A DNA stretch of 64,000 bases, taken from positions 3,136,001 to 3,200,000 of the forward strand of contig OY759729.1 of NCBI GenBank assembly GCA_963662585.1. Reading direction: 5' to 3'. Under the pieces are notes generated by a model that worked only from the letters and a program-made list of their open reading frames with translations, was not told the origin of the DNA and made no database searches. Every line of letters starts with the position of its first letter. Within the stretch, counting starts at the first letter, position 1. The stretch is from Candidatus Cloacimonadales bacterium. Its GTDB lineage: Bacteria; Cloacimonadota; Cloacimonadia; Cloacimonadales; JAFGVF01. A program made the translations under genes and the position numbers. Shown here piece after piece: positions 49,347 to 58,123 of the stretch.

Positions 49347-50297
49347 TCAATTACTAAAATCATCTTCAGTTTGGATCACCCTACCAATCCCTTTCTTCTC
49401 AATTTCATCAATTGACCCTAGTTTCTTATTATATAGTCCTTTTCCATTAAGTAGCTCTTTTTCCGAATTCTTAGGGTCCACATATCTTTTATCTAAGATA
49501 AGAACTCTTTTGGGGAATATAGGCATTTCCAGAACTTGAATATTTCCTGAATCAGTAATGGTAAATTTAATATTAAATATTTTTATCTGATTTTCTAAAT
49601 CCAAGTATCCAATAATAATCTGATAAATTTTATCATCGATTACTTTAATTTTGCATGTCTCATAGGATTTAATTTGAATTTTATTGATTGAATCATGAAT
49701 AATCGCATCTTTGCAATATTTTGTCATTGAGGAAAAATCACTCTTATCTAAGGCTTTTATTAATGTATTAATGAAGTTATTTATCTTTTTTGTTAGTTTT
49801 GTAGTAGGTATAGGGTTAAAATAGATAACATCGCTACCGACCAAATGAAACAGTTTGATCTCGTTTTCTAAAGAGTATATTTTTCGTTTAAGTTGTTGTG
49901 TCTTAATCTTGAAATCTTGAGCTAATTTTGATATAGGCACATTATCTTTATAGTATTTCTTTAATAATTTTTTATCTGACACTGAAATAAAATCATAAGC
50001 ATTAATATCTAATTCATCCATTGTATGACTTTGGTTAAAGGCGATATTTTGACTTAGCTCCAAAGGATCTACTAGTAATTCATTATCTTTACTTTTCTTT
50101 CTATGAAAATCCATACAAAGATTACGAATAACAACAAAAAACCAGCTGTCTATTTTTGTCTTATTAATTTTATCATAGTTTAAGTATAACTGAATGGAAG
50201 ATAATTGAGCAATATCTTCAGCAATATCAATATCTTTTACATATTTAAGAGCTATAAATTTAGCCTTTTCAAAGGCAATATTAATTATTTCATCCAT
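49347..50297 (-). CDS. ECF-type sigma-70 factor with long C-terminal extension (paralog of 10680-11627)
   Basis: AEDIAQLSSIQLY..SWFFVVIRNLCMDFHRK (sigma2); SDKKLLKKYY..ISKLAQ (sigma4); homologous to the first copy over the full length. Confidence 0.78.
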   Translation of the reverse strand: MDEIINIAFEKAKFIALKYVKDIDIAEDIAQLSSIQLYLNYDKINKTKIDSWFFVVIRNLCMDFHRKKSKDNELLVDPLELSQNIAFNQSHTMDELDINAYDFISVSDKKLLKKYYKDNVPISKLAQDFKIKTQQLKRKIYSLENEIKLFHLVGSDVIYFNPIPTTKLTKKINNFINTLIKALDKSDFSSMTKYCKDAIIHDSINKIQIKSYETCKIKVIDDKIYQIIIGYLDLENQIKIFNIKFTITDSGNIQVLEMPIFPKRVLILDKRYVDPKNSEKELLNGKGLYNKKLGSIDEIEKKGIGRVIQTEDDFSN

Positions 50298-50347
50298 TTC
50301 GCTGTCCCTTCCTAAAATTATGTGGGATTGAGAGTTATGCTAGTCTA

Positions 50348-50380
50348 GGAACTTTTATTGCCTTTTTTTCGTCTATATTA
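50348..50380 (+). promoter_or_regulatory. Candidate ECF sigma promoter
   Basis: GGAACT-17 nt-GTCTA resembles the sigmaE/AlgU-type consensus; lies just upstream of RBS GAGG and ATG 50397. Confidence 0.6.
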
Positions 50381-50396
50381 TAGAGAGGTAAAAAAA

Positions 50397-50564
50397 ATGA
50401 AAATAAAAGTATTAATTATTATTGTATTATTATTTTGTTATCCGCTAATAAGTCAAGAATTTTATCAGGGTTTTAGAGTTGTAACCTGGGAAGAGCTTGA
50501 AGGCCTTGATTATATTATCCTGTCAGATGATGATGATATCACTATAATTAAATTGAAAGTATGA
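50397..50564 (+). CDS. 55-aa signal-peptide ORF (small secreted peptide or truncated gene)
   Basis: MKIKVLIIIVLLFCYPLIS-QEFYQGFRVVTWEELEGLDYIILSDDDD...; 16 of 21 residues identical to the 11738-11881 core. Confidence 0.6.
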   Translation: MKIKVLIIIVLLFCYPLISQEFYQGFRVVTWEELEGLDYIILSDDDDITIIKLKV

Positions 50565-50680
50565 TGCCTAGATGTGGATGCGAATAACTTACCTTCTCAG
50601 AATATTTTAAAGAAGTAAATTATTGACTAATGTGGAAATTTAGTGTTTTTTGAAAATCTTTAGAAGGGGAAGGACTAATT

Positions 50681-50898
50681 ATGAAAAAGCTAATTATAAT
50701 TGTGTTATTCTTATGTATAATACAAGCTGTATACTATAATCTAGAAACTCAAGCAGTCCAACTACAGAACTTTATTGATCCTATCGCTGGCAAGGAAGAG
50801 ATAGTAATGATATGCAAGTTACAAGTGGTGTTTATTTCTATAAAATCCAAAGTGGAAATAACAAGTCTGTTACCAAGAAAATAATATTGATGAAATAA
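50681..50898 (+). pseudogene. Collapsed CTD gene: signal peptide joined out of frame to the last 36 codons of a CTD
   Basis: RBS+MKKLIIIVLFLCII at 50681; 50788-50898 in another frame reads WQGRDSNDMQVTSGVYFYKIQSGNNKSVTKKIILMK-stop. Confidence 0.85.
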
Positions 50899-50955
50899 TT
50901 TCTTGCTTTGCAAGAGCGAAAAAATAAAAATGAAAAGTGAAAAATAGAATTGTGA

Positions 50956-50978
50956 GGGTGGGTGAAAAAAGCCCACCC
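50956..50978 (+). terminator. GC-rich hairpin downstream of the remnant
   Basis: gggtggg-tgaaaaaag-cccaccc; no clear U-tract. Confidence 0.4.
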
Positions 50979-51047
50979 AAGCAATTACTTTCTTACTTAC
51001 TTGAAAGGAAATGTTAAAGAATAATCTTTTACGCAAAGGATAGATAC

Positions 51048-53453
51048 ATGCAAAAACTACTCATACCCATATTAATGCTTCTTTCTTTTAACTTACATGC
51101 TCTGTTAGAAGTCTCCTTAGATGGAACAAAGCCATATACTGAGATACAAACTGCCATAAGTAGTGCTGTAACTAATGATACAATCTTAGTATATCCTGGT
51201 AGCTATTACGAAAATCTTGTTTTAGATAATACAAGTAACCTATCATTATTTTCTTTGGAAGCAATTACCAGAGATACAACTTACATTTCACAAACAATAA
51301 TCAATGGTTCTCATAATCAAGGGTCAGTAATTTTATTAAATGGTAGCGTATATAATGCTACGGTTAGAGGTTTTACCATTACTGGTGGAAGTGGTTTTGA
51401 AGGAAATTATAATACTTACGGGGGTGGGATTTTTGTCTATGTTGGAGAACTAAACTTAATCAATTCAATAGTTGAATATAATGCTTCTGAAAATGGGGGG
51501 GGGATAAATTTAGATCATGGTGGCTCTTTGTCATTAAGTGGCTCTATCATCCGAAACAATGTCTCCTATCGGGGTGGAGGAGGGTTACTAATAGGTAGTT
51601 GTTCTACAGATCAACCTGAGATAGTCTTTGATCAAGTAAACAGATGCTCTATTTATGATAATTATGCTCAGCAGGGGGCTGATATTCATTGGATATTCTA
51701 TTGGGCTGGTTCTTGCGAAGTCTATTTAGACAATTTTACTGTAGCCGAACCTGATAGATATTATATTGATTACTGGGATATAAATAACTATTTTTATGAA
51801 GATTTAGGCTATACCCCTTTTGTAGTAGTTGATATCTGGCAGGGTGTTAATCAAGAGATTGATGCTGATTTATATGTTTCTAATGCTGGAGATGATAATA
51901 ATAGTGGTCTAAGCCCTGATCAATCCTTAAGGACTGTCCATTATGCTTATAATATAATTAAAAGTAATTCAGAAAATCCCAGAACTATCTATATGGCAGC
52001 AGGGGTATATGATAATAGTGTCCTTAATTGGTCCAATGTCCCTATTGCTTTGAAAAGTAATGTTACTTTAACAGGAATATCACCTGAAGAGACCAAGATA
52101 ATTATCGATAAATCTGTTAGTAATTGGCCAGTTGGAGTAGTGAATTCCATTTCTTTGTGGTTTGAAAATATTACTGTAAAGAATATGACCTTGAGTAATC
52201 TATCTGGTATTGCCTTGGCAGGTTCTCTTACTAAAAATTTCAAAGTAGAAAATGTCATAATTGAAAATTGCAACAGTGAGTATATGTCTCCGATAACAAC
52301 AGTCGGTTCCTTATATTTTTCTTCATATTACTTGAAGGATGTCATAATCAGAAATAATACAACTGAGACAAGATTCCCAGTAGGAGGAAGATTTATGGCA
52401 AAAGATGTGACATTTGACAATGTAATAGTAGAAAATAATCAGAACATAGGTAATCATCCCGATGGTGATATTGGGATATTTGAAATCATGGTTGAGAATG
52501 AACTTATAATCAAGAACTCTAAGTTTATTAATAACTATAATTCACAGGTGCAGGAATATGGAGCTGATTTCCGTTTTTGGCATGCACCAGGTTATCAAGA
52601 TAGTACAAAAGTTGTTATAGATAATTGCCTATTTGCAAATAATATTAATACCAGTCCCACAAGAAACAATCATCTTATTGGTAAAGAGCTATATATTAAT
52701 AATTGTACTTTCGCTGATAATAGTGGAGGTAGTGATTATGCATTGACGGTATCAACAGACCATACTGTTGGAATATACAACACAATAATTGCAAATAATG
52801 AACAAGTTTATCCTATTCTTTATGGTGAATCCTTAATCGTAGATAATTGCCTATTTAGTAATACTAGTAATATAGCAAGCAGTCCCATTTCAACTGATGT
52901 GACTTTTGGAGAGGGTAATATTTATGGGGCTGACCCACTATTTGCAGGGACTGATCCAACTAATCCAACTTATTATATGTTAACCGGAGATGATGTTAAT
53001 GGCTATTCTCCTGCCATAAATGCTGGATCTAGAGATTTCTCTTTTATGCCTGACTGGTATGAATCTCCTCGGGAAGATCTTTATGGAAATCCTCGTATTT
53101 ATGGAAACAGGGTCGATATGGGATGCTATGAGTTTCAAGGGGTTACTGTCGATAATGATGTTCAAACAGCTTCAGGGCTTCTTACAGCAATTAACTACCC
53201 AAATCCATTCAATCCAGAAACAACCATAGAATTTAATAATCCTGTTCAGGGTCAAGTGAATATTAATATCTATAATTTAAAAGGACAACTTGTTAAAAAT
53301 CTATTAGAAGATAATTTAAAGCAAGGAGTGCATAAAGTTATCTGGCAAGGAAGAGATAGTAATGATAAGCAAGTCGCAAGTGGTGTTTATTTTTACAAAA
53401 TCTCTTCTGGAAATAACCAAAGTGTAACCAAGAAAATTATCTTGTTAAAATAA
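51048..53453 (+). CDS. Secreted right-handed beta-helix protein with FlgD-Ig/T9SS-like CTD (paralog of 46392-48809)
   Basis: Same architecture: IQTAIS..NDTILVYPGSY, LYVSNAGDDNNSG, SPAINAG..DLYGNPR..VDMGCYE, near-identical CTD. Confidence 0.85.
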   Translation: MQKLLIPILMLLSFNLHALLEVSLDGTKPYTEIQTAISSAVTNDTILVYPGSYYENLVLDNTSNLSLFSLEAITRDTTYISQTIINGSHNQGSVILLNGSVYNATVRGFTITGGSGFEGNYNTYGGGIFVYVGELNLINSIVEYNASENGGGINLDHGGSLSLSGSIIRNNVSYRGGGGLLIGSCSTDQPEIVFDQVNRCSIYDNYAQQGADIHWIFYWAGSCEVYLDNFTVAEPDRYYIDYWDINNYFYEDLGYTPFVVVDIWQGVNQEIDADLYVSNAGDDNNSGLSPDQSLRTVHYAYNIIKSNSENPRTIYMAAGVYDNSVLNWSNVPIALKSNVTLTGISPEETKIIIDKSVSNWPVGVVNSISLWFENITVKNMTLSNLSGIALAGSLTKNFKVENVIIENCNSEYMSPITTVGSLYFSSYYLKDVIIRNNTTETRFPVGGRFMAKDVTFDNVIVENNQNIGNHPDGDIGIFEIMVENELIIKNSKFINNYNSQVQEYGADFRFWHAPGYQDSTKVVIDNCLFANNINTSPTRNNHLIGKELYINNCTFADNSGGSDYALTVSTDHTVGIYNTIIANNEQVYPILYGESLIVDNCLFSNTSNIASSPISTDVTFGEGNIYGADPLFAGTDPTNPTYYMLTGDDVNGYSPAINAGSRDFSFMPDWYESPREDLYGNPRIYGNRVDMGCYEFQGVTVDNDVQTASGLLTAINYPNPFNPETTIEFNNPVQGQVNINIYNLKGQLVKNLLEDNLKQGVHKVIWQGRDSNDKQVASGVYFYKISSGNNQSVTKKIILLK

Positions 53454-53724
53454 TTTGAAACACCCCCTGTGTCCCCCTCACGGAGGGAGATGTATGGTGG
53501 GAAACAACACTGTCGCTGCCACCGCTCTTTTAGCGTACCTTCAGCACTAAAGCGGGGAGTTTAAGATTCACGGACTAAAGGTCCGTAACCCCAGTTAATG
53601 GAAGCAGGGACGCTTCCATTCCATAGGAAAACACCCCCTATTTCCCCCTCACGGAGGGGGATGTACCCTCGCGGAGGGGAATTTAGGAAGAAATACCCCG
53701 TCATCTTCGATGCCACCCCTCTTT
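53191..53724 (+). repeat. ~530-bp direct repeat copy 2
   Basis: Nearly identical to 48547-49081. Confidence 0.92.
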
Positions 53725-53824
53725 TAGCGTACCTTCAGCACTAAAGCGGGGAGTTTGACATTCACGGACTAAAGGTCCGTAACCCCAGTTAATGGAAGCA
53801 GGGACGCTTCCATTCCATAGGAAA
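53711..53824 (+). repeat. Third copy of a 114-bp multi-hairpin unit (others at 48874-48987 and 53517-53630)
   Basis: tgccacc..ctcttttagcgtaccttcagcactaaagcggggag..acggactaaaggtccgt..aatggaagcagggacgcttccattccataggaaa; 194-bp period. Confidence 0.9.
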
Positions 53825-53947
53825 GCCCACCTTGTGTCAACCTCTCACAAGGGCTATTGATATTAAAGAAAAATAGCTGAAGTTTTGTACATTTTTCAAG
53901 TAATTACCTTAAATTAAGTAAGAACAGCAACAAAATAATATTTTCTA

Positions 53948-53975
53948 TTGACTTTTATTTCAGAATACTTATAAT
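53948..53975 (+). promoter_or_regulatory. Candidate sigma70 promoter of the ftsY operon
   Basis: TTGACT-16 nt-TATAAT, 40 bp before the ATG. Confidence 0.55.
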
Positions 53976-54015
53976 GACATAAAAATTATTTGTTATTCGT
54001 TATAGGAGTTTAGTA

Positions 54016-54948
54016 ATGTTTAAATTTGTTAAAAAGCTAAAAGATAAATTAGCTACTACCAAAAATAATTTCATAGGGAAAATCGCTGAAGCTGTTAATT
54101 TGCGCGGCGTTGTAGATGAAGAATTATTAGAGCAATTAGAAGAGATCTTGCTTCAGGGTGATACTGGGGTGGAGATGACAACAGAAATTATTGATAAATT
54201 GCGAGATGAAATAAGAATTAATAAAATTAAAGATACAGAGACTGTTCAGGAAATTATAAAAAATATCATGAGCGAGAAGTTAATGTCAGATTATGAAGAG
54301 AATGAAGAAGTCTTTGTAATGACAGACAAAAAGCCTTATATTATATTATTTATAGGGGTAAATGGAGTAGGAAAGACTACAACTATTGGTAAGTTAGCCA
54401 AGAGATTTGTTCAGGAAGGAAAATCTGTATTGATGGTTGCTGGTGATACTTTTAGGGCAGCAGCAGTAGAACAATTAGTGATTTGGTCAGATAGGGCCAA
54501 GGTAGATATTATTAAGCAAGCTCAAGGCGCAGACCCATCTGCAGTAGTTTTTGACGGAATTAAATCCGCTATTGCCAAGAATAAAGATGTAGTAATGATT
54601 GATACGGCAGGAAGACAGCATAATAGAGCTAACCTAATGAAAGAATTAGAAAAAATATATAGGACTATTCAGAAAGTAGCACCTGATGGACCTCATGAAG
54701 TATTTTTAGTGTTAGATTCAACTACTGGTCAAAATGCTGTTAATCAAGCAAAGACTTTCAATGGAATTGTTCCTTTAACTGGATTAGTTTTAACTAAATT
54801 AGATGGTACTGCCAAGGGTGGAATCGTCTTAAATATTAAAAAAGTTCTTAACATTCCTGTAAAACTAATTGGTGTAGGAGAAGGGATTGATGACCTTCAA
54901 GATTTTGATGCTAAAGAGTTTGTTAATGCAATGTTTAGTAAGGACTAA
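54016..54948 (+). CDS. ftsY: Signal recognition particle receptor FtsY
   Basis: GVNGVGKTTTIGKLA, DTFRAAA, DTAGR, TKLDGTAKGG, GVGEGIDDL. Confidence 0.97.
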   Translation: MFKFVKKLKDKLATTKNNFIGKIAEAVNLRGVVDEELLEQLEEILLQGDTGVEMTTEIIDKLRDEIRINKIKDTETVQEIIKNIMSEKLMSDYEENEEVFVMTDKKPYIILFIGVNGVGKTTTIGKLAKRFVQEGKSVLMVAGDTFRAAAVEQLVIWSDRAKVDIIKQAQGADPSAVVFDGIKSAIAKNKDVVMIDTAGRQHNRANLMKELEKIYRTIQKVAPDGPHEVFLVLDSTTGQNAVNQAKTFNGIVPLTGLVLTKLDGTAKGGIVLNIKKVLNIPVKLIGVGEGIDDLQDFDAKEFVNAMFSKD

Positions 54949-54950
54949 GA

Positions 54951-55166
54951 ATGGATAAAAAAAACACTGAACCAAAGAATTATGAATCTGCTGTAAAAGA
55001 GCTAAACATAATTGTTGAGCAAATAGAAGAATCAGATTTACCGTTAGAAAAGATGATTGAGCTTTATGAGAAAGGGAAGATACTTTTAGCATATTGCGAA
55101 AAACAATTAAATAGATTTGAAGAGAAAATTGAAGTAATAAACCGTAAGAATCAGGAGAATTTATAA
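54951..55166 (+). CDS. xseB: Exodeoxyribonuclease VII small subunit
   Basis: YESAVKEL..IVEQIE..LPLE..YEKG..L..C; precedes ispA. Confidence 0.92.
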   Translation: MDKKNTEPKNYESAVKELNIIVEQIEESDLPLEKMIELYEKGKILLAYCEKQLNRFEEKIEVINRKNQENL

Positions 55167-56063
55167 ATGTCTAATCAAAAATCAATGATGATTAAAAAAG
55201 ATATTAGAGAGAAAAGAGAGATTGTTAATATTATTTTGGATAGGTTTTTACCTAGAAAAGATGAATACCCAAAGCAAATTCATAAAGCTATAAGGCATAC
55301 CCTTTTTGCTGGTGGAAAGAGGATTAGACCATATCTAACTTTATCTGTCTATTCTCTCTTTGATACTGATTATTCAAAGGTGAAATATCTTGCGGGTGCA
55401 ATTGAATTACTGCATACTTACACCTTGATTCATGATGATCTTCCAGAAATAGATAACGATGATATGAGAAGAGGAAAGAAAAGTTGTCATGTTTTGTATG
55501 GTTCAGATATAGCACTACTCGCAGGTGATGCTCTTTTAGTTTCAGCTTTTGAGCTTCTAGCTTCTTCTCCTTTTACTGATGAAGAAAAAATTATATACAT
55601 TAGGGAATTAGCTACAGTTGCTGGTTCAGAAGGAATTATATCTGGACAGATGAATGATATTCTTAATGAGAATAAAAAAGTAACAAAGAAGACTTTAGAA
55701 TATATTCATGAAAATAAGACTGCAAAATTACTTAACTTAGCTGTAAAATTTGGATGTATGGCAGCGAATGCTCCAGAAGAGGATTGCCAAAGATTAGATA
55801 AATATGCTTCAAAAATAGGTTTAGCTTTTCAAGTAGTTGATGATATTTTAGATATAGAAGGTAATCCTGATGTGCTAGGAAAAACTATTGGGAAAGATGC
55901 TGAAGTTCAAAAAGCTACATTCCCTGCAGTTTATGGTTTAGATAAGTCCCATGAAATGGCAACTAAACTAATTGGAAGCGCTCAGAAAATACTTTCTCAC
56001 TATGGTGATAAAGCTGAAAATCTCTCTTTATTAACAGATTTTATCTTAACTAGAAAGTTCTAA
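55167..56063 (+). CDS. ispA: Polyprenyl synthetase (geranyltranstransferase)
   Basis: GGKRIRP, LIHDDLPEIDNDDMRRGK, GQ, KTA, FQVVDDILD. Confidence 0.92.
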   Translation: MSNQKSMMIKKDIREKREIVNIILDRFLPRKDEYPKQIHKAIRHTLFAGGKRIRPYLTLSVYSLFDTDYSKVKYLAGAIELLHTYTLIHDDLPEIDNDDMRRGKKSCHVLYGSDIALLAGDALLVSAFELLASSPFTDEEKIIYIRELATVAGSEGIISGQMNDILNENKKVTKKTLEYIHENKTAKLLNLAVKFGCMAANAPEEDCQRLDKYASKIGLAFQVVDDILDIEGNPDVLGKTIGKDAEVQKATFPAVYGLDKSHEMATKLIGSAQKILSHYGDKAENLSLLTDFILTRKF

Positions 56064-56497
56064 TGAAGATAGAAGTAAAAAGATTAGTTGACCAAGCTTC
56101 TCTACCACAAAAGTACTCTGAAAATGCCGCAGGATATGATATTTGCGCTTGTTTAGACACTCCTTTAGTTGTAGAACCCAATACGGTAGTTTTAGTACCT
56201 ACTGGTTTATCAATAGCTATAGAAGCTGGCTATGAAGTGCAAATCAGACCAAGAAGTGGTTTGGCACTAAAGAATCAGATAGGGGTTTTAAACTCTCCTG
56301 GAACAATAGATCCAGACTACAGGGGAGAGGTTAAGATAATACTTTTTAACTTTGGTAAAGAGCATTTTACTGTCACTCACGGAATGAGAGTTGCCCAAAT
56401 GGTTATTAGTAAGTATGAGAATCCAGTCTGGGATGAAGTTGATGAATTAAGTGAAACCGATAGAGGTGCAGGCGGATTTGGTCATACTAATATCTAG
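56063..56497 (+). CDS. dut: dUTP diphosphatase
   Basis: AGYD, RPRSGLA, NSPGTIDPDYRGE, RVAQ, RGAGGFGHT. Confidence 0.97.
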   Translation: MKIEVKRLVDQASLPQKYSENAAGYDICACLDTPLVVEPNTVVLVPTGLSIAIEAGYEVQIRPRSGLALKNQIGVLNSPGTIDPDYRGEVKIILFNFGKEHFTVTHGMRVAQMVISKYENPVWDEVDELSETDRGAGGFGHTNI

Positions 56498-56576
56498 AAG
56501 AAGAGAGAAGAAGTAAGATTTTATCCCTAGATTTCACTGATAAAAAATAAAATATAAAAATAGATTGAGGAATTTT

Positions 56577-57485
56577 ATGGAGAACCAAGAATTAGTTAAT
56601 GAAATAAATAGATTGAAGAAAGAAAAGAGCGTAGTTATCCTAGCTCATAATTATGTAACTTTAGATGTGCAAGATGTTGCTGATTTTGTTGGTGACTCAC
56701 TACAACTATCAATTGAAGCAAGCAAAGTTAAGGCTGATATTATTTTATTTTGTGGGGTTCGCTTTATGGCTGAAACTGCCAAAATACTTTCACCTAAAAC
56801 CAAGGTTCTATTACCTGTTGAAGATGCTGGCTGTCCAATGGCAGATATGATTACAGGAGAACAATTAAGACAGTTTAAAAATAATCATCCGAATTCAGTA
56901 GTTATGTGTTATGTTAATTCAACTGCTGAGGTTAAAGCTGAAAGTGACATCTGCTGTACTTCTTCAAATGCTGTGAAAATAATTGAGACTTTACCTAGAG
57001 ATCAAAAAATACTCTTTGTTCCTGATCAAAATCTAGGTACTTATGCAGCTCATCAAACTAAAAGACATATTGTTGTGTGGGCTGGTTACTGTCCAGTTCA
57101 TCACCTAAAAATGAGTAAGCAAGATGTCATAGATGTCAAGAAACAATATCCTAAATACAAGTTATTAGTTCATCCTGAGTGTCCTACAGAAATTATCAAT
57201 TATGCTGATGTGGTAGCATCTACAAAAGGAATGGCAGATTATGCTAAAGAACATGATAACCTTATTATTGGTACTGAAGTTGGCTTATATGAGCAGATAA
57301 AAAGAGATAATCCTGGAAAAAATATCATACCTTTAGCAAATAGAGCAGTATGCGTCAATATGAAGAAGATTCATCTTGAAGATGTCTTAAGCAGTTTGCA
57401 AAATGAAACTTACGAAATTACTCTACCTGAAGACCTTAGAGTGGCTGCTAAAAAAAGTATTGATGCAATGTTAAAACTTTCTTAA
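56577..57485 (+). CDS. nadA: Quinolinate synthase
   Basis: ILAHNY, GDSL, CGVRFMAETAKIL, AGCPMA, YVNS, HPEC, C.NMK; ATG 56577 after GAGGA. Confidence 0.95.
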   Translation: MENQELVNEINRLKKEKSVVILAHNYVTLDVQDVADFVGDSLQLSIEASKVKADIILFCGVRFMAETAKILSPKTKVLLPVEDAGCPMADMITGEQLRQFKNNHPNSVVMCYVNSTAEVKAESDICCTSSNAVKIIETLPRDQKILFVPDQNLGTYAAHQTKRHIVVWAGYCPVHHLKMSKQDVIDVKKQYPKYKLLVHPECPTEIINYADVVASTKGMADYAKEHDNLIIGTEVGLYEQIKRDNPGKNIIPLANRAVCVNMKKIHLEDVLSSLQNETYEITLPEDLRVAAKKSIDAMLKLS

Positions 57486-58123
57486 TGCTAGATAAATCAT
57501 GGTTGGAAGAAAGAACTACTCAAGTTAGATTACCTGATGGTTCTTGTATTTATCAGCATAAGCAAGGACAAAAGATTTCTTCTGATAATGAAGATTTTAA
57601 TAGTATCTTAACTAGAAGATTTCAAGGTTCATCATACCAAGGATTAAAAGTTCTGGAATTAGGTGTGGGCAATGGAATTAACTCCATTATGCTGAAGAAA
57701 GAGTTTCCAACTTGGGATATTACTGCTTTAGAATTAGATCATGAACAAGCAAAATTAGCTTCATACAACTGTGATTTACTTGGTCTGACAATAAAGATTG
57801 AAGAAAGCGATTTTCGTGCATATTTAACTTCTGTTAAATATGATTTGATTATTGCTAATCCTCCTTACCAAAAAGTAGGAAGTGGTCGGTTGAGTCCTTA
57901 TGAACGCACAAATTTAGCTAAATTTGAATTGACTTGTACCATGGAAGATGTTTTTTTAGCTTTAAAGAGAAATCTTGCTTTAAATGGAGAAGCTTGGTTA
58001 CTCTATGCCCAAGATAGGGAAGATGATATAAGAGAATTCATAAATCAAGGACAGTTTAAAGAAATCGAAATGATTAGAAAGAATAAAATATTAATTGTTG
58101 GATTAAAATATGTTGCAAATTAA
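57485..58123 (+). CDS. SAM-dependent methyltransferase (tRNA1Val m6A37/YfiC-like)
   Basis: VLELGVGNG, YDLIIANPPY, AKFE. Confidence 0.75.
   Translation: MLDKSWLEERTTQVRLPDGSCIYQHKQGQKISSDNEDFNSILTRRFQGSSYQGLKVLELGVGNGINSIMLKKEFPTWDITALELDHEQAKLASYNCDLLGLTIKIEESDFRAYLTSVKYDLIIANPPYQKVGSGRLSPYERTNLAKFELTCTMEDVFLALKRNLALNGEAWLLYAQDREDDIREFINQGQFKEIEMIRKNKILIVGLKYVAN

Noticed and set aside
48547..53453. Diversity-generating retroelement TR/VR pair
   Set aside because: Differences are mostly third-position and not adenine-specific, both copies are coding, and no reverse transcriptase is in the window.
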